This document shows positions 26,090 to 38,703 of a stretch of 64,000 nucleotides of DNA, in pieces. The notes beneath the pieces are model-generated. The model did not search any database, was not told the origin of the DNA, and saw nothing but the letters and a program-made list of their open reading frames with translations. The stretch's first letter is position 1. Each line of letters begins with the position of its first letter. The position numbers and the translations under genes are program-made. Location: NCBI RefSeq assembly GCF_003918875.1, contig NW_025767016.1, forward strand, positions 124,001 to 188,000. Direction: 5' to 3'. The stretch is from Haliotis rubra (Eukaryota).

Positions 26090-29000
26090 TCCACTTGTAA
26101 CCACTAGGTTACCCCAACGCCCCACTGATGTAACCACTGGGCCACCCAACCGCCCTACTGATGTAACCAAGAGGTTACCCCAACGCCCCACTGATGTAAC
26201 CAATAGGTTACCCCACCGCCCCACTGATGTAACCACTAGGTTACCCCACCGCCCCACTGATGTAACCACTGGGTTACCCCACCGCCCCACTGATGTAACC
26301 ACTAGGTTACCCCACCGCCCCACTGATGTAACCACTAGGTTACCCCACCGTCCCACTGATGTAACCTCTAGGTTACCCCACCGCCCCACTGATGTAACCT
26401 CTAGGTTACCCCCACCGCCCCACTGATGTAACCACTAGGTTACCCCACCCCGCCACTGATGTAACCACTAGGTTACCCCACCGCCCCACTGATGTAACCG
26501 ATAGGTTACCCCACCGCCCCACTGATGTAACCACTAGGTTACCCCACCGCCCACTGATGTAACCACTAGGTTACCCCACCGCCCCACTGATGTAACCACT
26601 AGGTTACCCCACCGCCCACTGATGTAACCACTGGGTTACCCCACCGCCCCACTGATGTAACCACTAGGTTACCCCACCGCCCCACTGATGTAACCACTAG
26701 GTTACCCCACCGCCCCACTGATGTAACCACTGGGTTACCCCACCGCCCCACTGATGTAACCACTGGGTTACCCCACCGCCCCACTGATGTAACCACTGGG
26801 TTACCCCACCGCCCCACTGATGTAACCACTAGGTTACCCCACCGCCCCACTGATGTAACCACTAGGTTACCCCCACCGCCCCACTGATGTAACCACTAGG
26901 TTACCCCACCGCCCCACTGATGTAACCACTGGGTTACCCCACCGCCCACTGATGTAACCACTGGGTTACCCCACCGCCCCACTGATGTAACCACTAGGTT
27001 ACCCCACCGCCCACTGATGTAACCACTGGGTTACCCCACCGCCCCACTGATGTAACCACTAGGTTACCCCACCGCCCCACTGATGTAACCACTGGGTTAC
27101 CCCACCGCCCCACTGATGTAACCACTAGGGTTACCCCACCGCCCCACTGATGTAACCACTAGGTTACCCCACCGCCCACTGATGTAACCACTAGGTTACC
27201 CCACCGCCCCACTGATGTAACCACTAGGTTACCCCACCGCCCCACTGATGTAACCACTGGGTTACCCCACCGCCCCACTGATGTAACCACTAGGTTACCC
27301 CACCGCCCCACTGATGTAACCACTAGGTTACCCCACCGCCCCACTGATGTAACCACTAGGTTACCCCACCGCCCCACTGATGTAACCACTGGGTTACCCC
27401 CCGCCCCACTGATGTAACCACTGGGTTACCCCACCGCCCCACTGATGTAACCACTGGGTTACCCCACCGCCCCACTGATGTAACCACTAGGTTACCCCAC
27501 CGCCCCACTGATGTAACCACTAGGTTACCCCACCGCCCCACTGATGTAACCACTAGGTTACCCCACCGCCCCACTGATGTAACCACTAGGTTACCCCACC
27601 GCCCCACTGATGTAACCACTAGGTTGCACCCCACCGCCCCACTGATGTAACCACTAGGTTACCCCACCGCCCCACTGATGTAACCACTAGGTTACCCCAC
27701 CGCCCCCCACTGATGTAACCACTGGGTTACCCCACCGCCCCACTGATGTAACCACTAGGTTACCCCACCGCCCCACTGATGTAACCACTAGGTTACCCCC
27801 CTGCCCCACTGATGTAACCACTGGGTTACCCCACCGCCCCACTGATGTAACCACTAGGTTACCCCACCGCCCCACTGATGTAACCACTAGGTTACCCCAC
27901 CGCCCCACTGATGTAACCACTAGGTTACCCCACCGCCCACTGATGTAACCTCTAGGTTACCCCACCGCCCCACTGATGTAACCACTGGGTTACCCCACCG
28001 CCCACTGATGTAACCACTGATGTAACCACTGGGTTACCCCACCGCCCCACTGATGTAACCACTAGGTTACCCCACCGCCCCACTGATGTAACCACTAGGT
28101 TACCCCACCGCCCCACTGATGTAACCACTGGGTTACCCCACCGCCCCACTGATGTAACCACTAGGTTGCCCCACCGCCCCACTGATGTAACCACTGGTTA
28201 CCCCACCGCCCCACTGATGTAACCACTAGGTTACCCCACCGCCCCACTGATGTAACCACTAGGTTACCCCACCGCCCCACTGATGTAACCACTAGGTTAC
28301 CCCACCGCCCCACTGATGTAACCACTAGGTTACCCCACCGCCCCACTGATGTAACCCACTAGGTTACCCCACCGCCCCACTGATGTAACCACTAGGTTGA
28401 TGTAACCCCACCGCCCCACTGATGTAACCACTAGGGTTACCCCACTGCCCCACTGATGTAACCACTGGGTTACCCCACCGCCCCACTGATGTAACCACTG
28501 GGTTACCCCACCGCCCCACTGATGTAACCACTAGGTTACCCCACCGCCCCACTGATGTAACCACTAGGTTACCCCACCGCCCCACTGATGTAACCACTGG
28601 GTTACCCCACCGCCCCACTGATGTAACCTCTAGGTTACCCCACCGCCCCACTGATGTAACCTCTAGGTTACCCCACCGCCCCACTGATGTAACCACTGGG
28701 TTACCCCACCGCCCCACTGATGTAACCACTGGGTTACCCCACCGCCGCCCACTGATGTAACCCTGGGTTACCCACCGCCCCACTGATGTAACCACTAGGT
28801 TACCCCACCGCCCACTGATGTAACCACTGGGTTACCCCACCGCCCCACTGATGTAACCTCTGGGTTACCCCACCGCCCACTGATGTAACCACTAGGTTAC
28901 CCCACCGCCCCACTGATGTAACAACTGGGTTACCCCACCCGCCCCACTGATGTAACAACTGGGTTACCCCACCGCCCCACTGATGTAACCTCTAGGTTAC

Positions 29001-29295
29001 CCCACCGCCCCACTGATGTAACCCTCTAGGTTACCCCACCGCCCCACTGATGTAACCACTGGGTTACCCCACCGCCCCACTGATGTAACCACTAGGTTAC
29101 CCCACCGCCCCACTGATGTAACCACTAAGTTGCCCCACTGTTACCCTACCGCCCCACTGATGTAACCAGCTGGGTTACCCCACCGCCCCACTGATGTAAC
29201 CTCTAGGTAACCCCACCGCCCCACTGATGTAACCACTAGGTTACCCCACCGCCCACTGATGTAACAACGAGGTTACCCCACCGCCCCACTGATGA
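26090..29295. repeat. 33-bp minisatellite (CCCACTGATGTAACCACTAGGTTACCCCACCGC)n, about 95 copies
   Basis: Tandem array visible directly; explains the PTDVTTRLPHR / VVTSVGRWGNL ORFs. Confidence 0.95.
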
Positions 29296-29410
29296 GCAAA
29301 AAAGTGTTTGAGAACCAAGTGTACGTCGTATATTTAACATTAAATAATTCACCAACTACGTGAGGAACAACAAACTGTACCTTTCAGGGGAATCGTATGT
29401 TTGAATTTAA

Positions 29411-29692
29411 TTGACAACGACCGATACCCTCTCCATGACAAGTGTAATAGTTGACAACGACCGATACCCTCTCCATGACAAGTGTAATAGTTGACAACGA
29501 CCGATACCCTCTCCATGACAAGTGTAATAGTTGACAACGACCGATACCCTCTCTATAACAAGTGTAATAGTTGACAGTGACCGATACCCTCTCTATGACA
29601 AGTGTAATAGTTGACAACGACCGATACCTCTCTCTATAATAAGTTGACAGTGACCGATACCCTCTCTATAACAAGTTTGACAATGGCCGATA
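29411..29692. repeat. 40-bp minisatellite, about 7 copies, overlapping the 3' end of paralogue 2
   Basis: Unit TTGACAACGACCGATACCCTCTCCATGACAAGTGTAATAG starting at 29411, 29451, 29491, 29531, 29571 and 29611. Confidence 0.92.
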
Positions 29693-32600
29693 CGAAATGT
29701 ATGATTAATTTCAAGCATGGTCACGTTTTCCTTTGTGCTGTCGGTCTCTCGAGTGTGTCGGAAATACACGAGTACAAGTTTGACCACAAATGCGATGACG
29801 GACACGACAAGCAACACAACGGTGAATGTAGAGTTAACTGCCCCTGGTTGCCAGTTCTGGGCAATGCTACCAGAGAGCGCCACTATCAACACAAGGTATG
29901 GTGTGACGGTGTAGCGGGAATATTTGTCCAGGAACGTCCAGTCAGAGATAGAAAACAACACAAGCTCACCAGCAAGTATGCCAAGTGAAATAGTTGAGCT
30001 CGTTCTAGGTGTGATGGTAAAGTCTCTTTCATAGGCGAGAGCTGCTGCTAGGTTTAACAATGTGGCAATGGTGCACCACGTTGCATACGTGGCCAGGCCA
30101 TTCTGAACGAACACTCGCACCAGCCAGACATCTACCGTCCTGCCTTGTTCGACGAGGGTGGGTTCGTGATAGGCCATGTCGCGGTAGGACAGACCCAGGC
30201 AGATGTACGTGGACAGGTATGTGAGCAGCAGGAAGACCATGGACAACCATAGGTACTCCCGGTCAAACAGGAAGCTCCATCCCAGGACCACGCCCCAGTT
30301 GAGAGCGGACGTCAGGAACAACAACGGACTCAGCAAGGTCGGACTGACGTACACCGGGCCATTTGGGGCTTTCCTGATAAAAATAAAACTTTGGTTTAAT
30401 TCGAACAGAACTGAGCAGAAGCTGCAAACATCTTACAATATTTGATTGTTATTTTGTTGATTGATAGTTGTGAATAAGCTCGCATGTTACTTCCATGGTT
30501 GAGTGAATGAGAGAGGGAAACAAACAATCATGAGACAAGTTTACAAATTGATCCCTTATTATAACATATTTAACATAGACGCCGTGTCAGACAGTGGTAT
30601 TTATTGCCAAAAAGTTTTCCTGAACATCGATGGTTGGTGAATTAAATTTAACCACATGTAAATTTGAAATGCATTGTGCGATCCTATTGTGAAGGAGTAC
30701 TGCTTGTCTGAATAGCTGGGCAAGCCTTCCCTGAACATACTTGCTAACACAAAGCCGTGATTTTGCACACAAGTTGCACAGTTCAAAGTGGTTTTTATCA
30801 ACGAATTTGAGTGAGTGAGCTGGGTTTTACGCAGCTTTTAGCAATATTCCAGCAATATCGCGGCGGGGGACACCAGAAATGGGCTTAACATATTGCACCC
30901 ATGTGGGAAATCGAACCCGGGTTTTCGGCGTGACGAGCGAACGCTTAAACTGCCCCAGGGATTTGAAGATATAGGGCTCTATAGCAATCGAAATAACGCC
31001 CAGGTGATGTATTGCAACCCATCACCAGGCGGTGTGAAGCACATAAGTCATCACTTATGCAATACATGGTCAAAGCACTGCCCACCAGCATTTCGTTATG
31101 AATGTTGTTATTTTTTATGGTATCTAGTCTGTACCTAATGTACGTGAGAGCGACGTACGAGGAGATTTCCGACTGCACATAGGCCATCGCTAAGTGTTGA
31201 TTGGATACACATAAAAAACACCGAATTCTATCAGCTTACACAGACAGCTAATCTGTATTTAACAACTCACATCCGTGAACGGTTTTGTTATATACTGGCC
31301 CATTGTGTTGATTTCCTGTATTGTCAACCTAAAACCGTGGGTTAATTATCCATTGATCCTATGCGGGCATTAACCAATATCTCAATTCAGTCATGCACGT
31401 ATCAGGATATCATCTGTTTCCAAGAGCCCCTCTATTAACACAGGGTAGCACGCCAGTCGGGTTCAACTAAGGCAGCTTTATTTCAGTTCTACTACGGAGT
31501 CAGTTAAATGTGTCCAAAATTATGTCAATCTCATTAAAATCAGCTAGTTATAACCAGCGCTAAACAACGATCCGAGGACATCCCATTACGAGGCTCATCA
31601 GAACGACCTTTCATCCGACCAATTAGAACGTCGCTTCTCTTTATCCGAAAGTGACGGTTGGAATGTGTTTACTAAGCATGCAAACTCGGAAGGAATAACA
31701 TTGGAGAATCTAAACGTCAATTGGAGGCTGTACGACAGGTTCTGCCATATTATACTATCCGTCGCACAACTGAAAATCAAGAGAAGTCACTTTTCCAAAG
31801 CCTTTGAGGAGTGATGAAACATCTTGGCCATCTAGAATTCAAGAATTTTTGGGGGGTCAGAATTTCAAATTTTACAAATTTTCGATACTTTGGTAAAGTT
31901 ATATTCTTAAACGTAATGTTCAATAGAAGTCGTCAGTTTGAAAGATGATTTCGAAATGCTTGATGAAGCCGCTTTCTGATTGGTTGATGTCGACGTCTTG
32001 ATCGTCATGTCGTTCTTGAGTCAAAATTCTCAAAAGTCGTTCAGACAAGACTTGTCATGGGAAATCCTTTGATGTTTGCTTTGCGGTAGCGGCAACTAAG
32101 ATTTGAGATCAAAACGATAGAATATAGCTAGGGCGGATCTGGATCAGCGGATGGGATGACGTACCTGCAGATGTTGATGATGCCGTACAGCATCCACAGA
32201 GCTTGCCACACGAAGATGACACCCCAGATACTGAACGTCGGACTGGCGGGGGTGATCTCTATGGCATACTTGTCAGATATGTCTTTGACCTCGTTAATGA
32301 TAATTTCTGTAATGGAACATCGTCTAAGATTATTAATATTGTCTTTTATGAATGAACAGTGGGTGCAATCCTGCTCTCTGGAAGAATAAGTAGTCTGGGG
32401 CGGTGCTGTAGCAGGGTCATCAAGTAAGAGAGTCACACAGAAGGCCCGGCATCGATTCCCCACATGTGGGAAGCCCATTTCTGGTACCCCTCCCCATTAC
32501 TGACCACAACTGAACTCACTTTCCCAGAAACATCTAATGTGGCTCGGTGTCAAACACAGACAAACATTCCCCTATAGCAAACCTTAGGTCGAGGAGAATT

Positions 32601-32847
32601 GGACAAAACAAGAGTGAGAAGACATCAGTGACGGTCGTGGGTGCATTACCATCTTAATAGCAACCCGTGGAAACTCCTTATGGTCTTGAGTTCCGGGTGA
32701 TGCTTGATCAGAACGAGTGATGGGATGGCCGCTGTAGGCAATGGAGGTGTGACTCGAGGGTGGGTTCAACTGTATCTGCAATGCTAGGAGTAGATGGCTG
32801 TGTGGAAGTACATACTACAGGCAGTGGTATCGGGAAGGTGCGATTCA

Positions 32848-32882
<35 letters not shown>

Positions 32883-33895
32883 TCAGATAGTGTATGCATT
32901 CACACTTCAGAGAGTAGGGATTCACATATGTTCAGATAGTGTATGCATTAACACTCAGAGGGTAGGACTTCACATGTGCATTCATTTAGAATATGCATTA
33001 ATTACACAATGTCATTTAGAAAGTGGTCAAATGTAACATATGTTATATTTGGGATTACACTTTCTTAGTAAAGTACAGATTCTAGTACGTTTTGGGTTGA
33101 GTCCCATCCGGGATTCGAACCCACACCCTCAGAGTCAGGCACCAATCGCCAACACACAAAGCTAGCGGCACTAACCCGCTCAGCCACCAGAGGGATACAC
33201 AAAGTCCTCAGTCTAGACTACCAGTTGTCCGATTTCCATTTTTGTGGAAGTCGCGGTAGGTGAGCGGGTTAGGCGGATGGGACTCAACCCCCCAAAATAC
33301 TAGAATCTGTACTTTACTAAGAAAATGTAATCCCAAATATAAGACTCAGACAGGTGAGATTCACATGAGTGTTTACTTTAAGTTAGTTTAATGCATTAAC
33401 ACTCAGACAGGTGGCATTCGCATGTGTGTTCGGTAAGTGCATGCATTAACACTGAGAGAGGTGAGATTCACGTGTGTTCGGATAGTGCATGCATTAACGC
33501 TCCGACAGGTGGGATTCGCATGTGGGTTCCTTCAGTATATACATTAACACTTAGACAGGTGATATTCAAATGTGTTTTTCTTTAGGATTGCATTTAGGAT
33601 AGGATATGCATGTCCGTCATTTCCTTGTAAGTGTGTTCTTTATAAAAGTAGGTACTTTATATGCATTGACGCTCAGACATTGTGTGCACGTAGCACCTAC
33701 ACAGGTGGACTTCCACAACGTGATTTAGGCGCTGTTAACCTGGACAGAATGGGGTGTTTACTTACTATAGGAACCGCCCACTAGTTGTGGCATCCGTCCA
33801 AGGTAGATAGTCAACAAGTTGACAATGAACATTGCCCAGTTGACTAGCATGCTAATAACGAGGAAAGGAGAGTGTCCCCGCGTCATGGTAACCAT
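29593..33895 (-). CDS. TspO/MBR-like multi-pass membrane protein, paralogue 2 (350 aa, three coding exons)
   Basis: Exons 33895-33766 (MVTMTRGHSPFLVISMLVNWAMFIV..., donor A|GTAAGT; missing from the ORF track), 32306-32165 (EITPASPTFSIWGVIF) and 30373-29593; 1053 nt in frame. Confidence 0.85.
30809..30945 (-). mobile_element. tRNA-derived SINE, 5'-truncated, in intron of paralogue 2
   Basis: B box GGTTCGATTTCC, GCTGGAATATTGCT tail motif, (ACTC)n. Confidence 0.8.
32848..32880. repeat. (TG)n microsatellite
   Basis: Direct observation; a degenerate GCATTAACACTCAGACAGGTG-based repeat follows to about 33575. Confidence 0.85.
33014..33342. mobile_element. head-to-head pair of a second tRNA-derived SINE family, forming an inverted repeat
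   Basis: Minus copy has GGTGGCTGAGCGGGTTAG and GGGTTCGAATCCCGG; plus copy (about 33255-33342) is internally deleted; homologue at 58211-58370. Confidence 0.7.
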
Positions 33896-34159
33896 GGTTA
33901 CTGGATACCCTGAAAGGTAACAATAGCATATTAAATCATTGCCTTAGATTCAAATAACTTGCTACGTAGTAGCTAGTAGGGCTAATTATGAAGGAAAGCT
34001 AATATGGCATTATATGCATCCGAGGCTTGTGTGTATGACAACCTTGAGGTAATATAGAAAGCCTGCATTTAAACATGTATGCGTCACATCCATCCTTGAT
34101 TATATGGTGTATGGGGAACTTGGGCGGTACCAACTTAAAATTCAGGTGAAAGTTTCTTG

Positions 34160-34856
34160 GAGTATAACTGTAACTGGATCAGCTATTGTATACCACTGAG
34201 TTATATAATGATGGCAGGAGTAAAACTATAACTGGATCAGCTATTGTATACCACTGCGTTATATAATGATGGCAGGAGTATAACTATAACTGGATCAGCT
34301 ATTGTATACCACTGAGTTATATAATGATGGCAGGAGTATAACTATAACTGGATCAGCTATTGTATACCACTGCGTTATATACTGATAGAAAGGAGTATAA
34401 CTATAACTGGATCAGCTATTGTATACCACTGCGTTATATAATGATGGCAGGAGTATAACTATAACTGGATCAGCTATTGTATACCACTGAGTTATATAAT
34501 GATGGCAGGAGTATAACTGTAACTGGATCAGCTATTGTATACCACTGAGTTATATAATGATGACAGGAGTATAACTATAACTGGATCAGCTATTGCATAC
34601 CACTGAGTTATATAATGATGGCAGGAGTATAACTGTAACACGATCAGCTATTGTATACCACTGCGTTATATAATGATGGCAGGAGTATAACTATAACTGG
34701 ATCAGCTATTGTATACCACTGCGTTATATAATGATGGCAGGACTATAACTGTAACTGGATCAGCTATTGTATACCACTGAGTTATATAATGATGGCAGGA
34801 GTATAACTGTAACTGGATCAGCTATTGTATACCACTGCGTTATATAATGATGGCAG
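34160..34856. repeat. 58-bp minisatellite, 12 copies
   Basis: Unit GAGTATAACTRTAACTGGATCAGCTATTGTATACCACTGMGTTATATAATGATGGCAG. Confidence 0.95.
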
Positions 34857-36332
34857 CGCATGTGTGTTATTACCACCTGTTGAATTATATTGCATGAAAC
34901 ATGTTTGAACTGGTTGTGGATCTCGCAGTCGTTTCCTGGCATACCAATTGGTTAAAATGCCCTGTTCTGTTCTAAAATAGAGCTACCTTTCGACTTAGGA
35001 ACAAGGCGTGTAACTAGTTACCTGAGGGCTCTGGTTGTCCATATGTCCTCAGCCAGTGCCTTAAAATGACTCTTACCACTAACGAAGCATCATAGCGTTA
35101 ACACATTAACACTGTTTTGTTAAGGTATGCCAAATTTAACTGTATTGTAATATGTATTGTCACTTGGGTTGGCGTCGACTTTGTTGTACTAGATGCTTTT
35201 ACTTCCTTGTCAGTTGGTTCATTGTGTAGCAAACAATTGTCTGTAGCAACAATAACTAATTAAAAGCCTGTGGCTGTCGATCCGTATCCGTAATCCTCTT
35301 AACGGGCACCTGTTAGATAAACACCTGAATTGTTTCTATACACGTGTTGTCTTTGTCAGACTGACAATTTTCTGTGTTTTAAGTGGCCCTCAGGCCAATA
35401 GTACATGTGCAAAGTTTTAACAGTGCATTTATGCGCAACCTGCAAATTTGCGAATTATAGGGACATCAATAAATCAATAGATGCCCATCAACAATTTACA
35501 TTTTTTCTCAACCTCAATATGTGGTACAACACTAGGGCCACCTTAAACAATACGTCAACTTTTTCTGTGCGAAGCAGCATGCGGATTTTATGTCTTGCCG
35601 GCTGGTTGTAGAAAAAAATAAGACTAGTGTTGTGTTTGTGTCTCTGTAAAAGCTGCAACATCAGGTACAAACTTTCGGCTTGGACTCCGAACCGTTGTGG
35701 CCGCTATGTTACAGGTGTAGCTTCTACCATACGGATGTAGCAGCCTGTATAGCATTGCAAAATTATGTAAATACATTAAGTTATGCATGTGAGTACCAAA
35801 ATATTTTGTCCAGCCTCCTTTTGTAAATGTAAAACTTATGTATATTTCGATGGATAACCATATTATATCCTGCATACAGTGTAAAAGGATGACGAGGGGG
35901 ATATAGCCCAAGTCTTTACTGAATAAAGAATCGAATCGAATCTCACTCATTCCGGTCTTTGTTATCATTACTTATCTGGACTATAATAAAATTATGGGAA
36001 CTCACTGCTTTAATAATTGTAGCATCATTAGCGAATAAATTATATAAACATCGAAGCAAAAGAACATATTAACTCGAAAATTGGATTTTCCTAAAATCAC
36101 AAACGTTCCAAACGTTACTGGGCAAAAACAGTCACTGGAAGCTTAATGTTGGAAAACACAAAAATGTTGCATCAAACACATTACCATCGAATAGGCATTT
36201 CTGTTTGTTTTCGATCCACCGTCAAACATCCCCGTTGGATGCAACGTTCCTTTAACCATCAACTGTCTCATCGGCAGTAGGTGGATTTTACCTGGTTACC
36301 ATGGATATATGCAAACAAAACATGGTACTTAC

Positions 36333-36477
36333 CCGTGACAGGTGGAAGCGGTGGAAGTGTAGGTGTCAACTGGAAGTGCTTGTCACTCTCACCTTTCAGG
36401 TTGAGATTACAGATCAGCCTGTGGGTTTAATAAGCTACTTTGTGACCGGTCTTTGTGGAGATTTCACATGGACGTCG
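36333..36477 (-). promoter_or_regulatory. predicted promoter and non-coding first exon of paralogue 2
   Basis: Donors CGG|GTAAGT (36333) and AAG|GTGAGA (36393); TTATTAAA at 36433-36426; acceptor TTTCAG just upstream of the ATG near 33910. Confidence 0.45.
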
Positions 36478-38703
36478 TAATGTTGTGTCACATTATCGCG
36501 AAGGCTCCCAATACAGCAATGACTTCCAGAGGATGATGCCTTAAGTGAATGTCATTTGGAAGTTGGCTTGGAATCTGCACAACTGTACACACCAAACCAT
36601 CTGTACACGTACTCACACTGTGGTTCTGTCAGGGACGGGGTGTATTGACGAAAGGAGGGACAGTCTGACCTTTCAGCTGAACGCTGCAGTAATGGACCCA
36701 TGAAAACCTGTCATGTGTCGTCCAAAGGCACACCAAAATGTGGGGTTTATTTTCAAATACTACATATATATATATATACCAACTGTAGTAGTGAGTGAGT
36801 TAATATTTATCGGCAGTATTTCAGCCATACTGCCACGAGAACAATCAATTAACCTCTGACAATGAACAGTACAAATACTAGAGTATCACAGAGAAGGTAT
36901 GACTAACATGTAATCATAAAATGATATTATTAAAGAGAACAATACAATATATAAACGAGCTCACCAGCAACTGAAGGTAGATCACCATACTAGGGTGTGG
37001 ATAGAAGATTAACCCAAGTGTGTGCATGTTGCGTGCCTTTGTAGTGTCGGCGTTGGATGAACCGTAACACATTACAAGCTGGTATAATACACTCTTCTTT
37101 CATTTTGATGGTAAACACACAGGTGATTATGTAGTGGGGGTAATCCAGAACACAACACAACATATGAAAGATATCCTATAATTTCACATTGTGATTTGAA
37201 AACACATAAAACATTTCTGGCTCATGTTATTTACTTGAATGGTGACATTTAGGATTTCACTTAAACCAGATGTTTTTCGCGAGACCCTTAATCTATTAAA
37301 AAACATTAATAATTATTACATATACAGAGCATACTTTCTACAATTACTATAAAGGTGACTGCCCAGATACCACTGCTTGAACGCAGCTTCAAACCCCCAT
37401 TGAACCCAATATTGTTCAAGAAACCCATATGTGAATGAAATGAATATGTTTGAATCCATATGCAAATAATAAACCCGTACACACTGACCCTACATCAAGC
37501 TACCCAGGTCTATGCTGACAAGCGGGAACACGTTTGCTGACTCATCAACGTGGACTATGTTTTGGAGGGCCCGTTTTTTGAGAAACCAGGTCGCTAAAAA
37601 CAGACCATTTATTCCCTTCTGCATCCACACACAAAGTATGTTTTCTGGTCGTAAATTCATTCCATTTGTCCTGGGTATAGAATCACACTGGTCTGCCACT
37701 TATTATGAATAATTGTTGCAATGCAAAATATGTTCCTGTATACAAATCGTCATGATACGAATTACTTCTCAATACATCATCACAATTCTATGTATACCGA
37801 TACATTGCGATTTGGTACCAAATAAAAACCACTTGTGGGCCAGGACAGGTTAAGGATATATTATACAACAACCCATATCAATACGTCCTTTATTGTAGAA
37901 AAGACACTAAACTCCCCAATTTCATGTGCACACTTTTACACGGCCATTGCTGATTGCGGGTCACCTTGTTATGTAGAGCTGGCCGTCACACAAGGGTAGC
38001 AAATGCATTGTATAACCAGAACATTTGGCATTCAGTTTTTACACTTGAATAACAGCATCTGAACATGATGTCATTTGGGAGATCACTTTGTTACCTGACA
38101 CGGTAAAAAGTAAGATGTTTTCCTTCTGCTTTCGGGATTTAGTGCAAATAAGAGGCAAGAGAAGGTTATGCGATTTTGTAACAACCCACTGAACCTAAGT
38201 TTGGATTGTCTTTGGTATGAATTGGCTCACAACATTACTGATGGTTACTGCATCTTAACAGAACACCTGTGGAGTCTTTGACCGGACCAGTCTGGTTGTA
38301 ACACAAAACACTTGTAAAACATTTGCAAAAATACGCACTTTATTTCTGTCAAATGAAACGTTACATAGTTACAATAAAATGGATATGTCAGAACAAGACA
38401 TAATACAGGCTGGTTGAATGAACATATTACACAGTGAAATATTTTTTTGAAGTATCCACAGAGTATAAGGTAAATCGGAAACAGCAGTGATTTCCTCCGA
38501 ATGGTGAGCAAAAGATGTAATTGTGGTGTATAAAGAAACCAAACAATATAACGGCAAGAGTTAAAAACCCAAGGGTGGCATCCTTGTATGATCACAACTG
38601 ACAAAACATACCACGTTCCCGTAATGCACATAATTGTTAGAATGAATAATGCCCGTTTAGGGGTGATGTGATGTATAAAGAATTGTCATCAGATCTGGTG
38701 ATG

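Noticed and set aside
26007-28795. Mucin-like PTDVTTRLPHR ORFs
   Set aside because: Frequent single-base indels break the frame throughout the array; a short coding use cannot be excluded without RNA data.
33105-33190. tRNA gene (also 2240-2310 and 49535-49605)
   Set aside because: A and B boxes are present but are joined to SINE bodies, tails or TSDs; treated as SINE heads.
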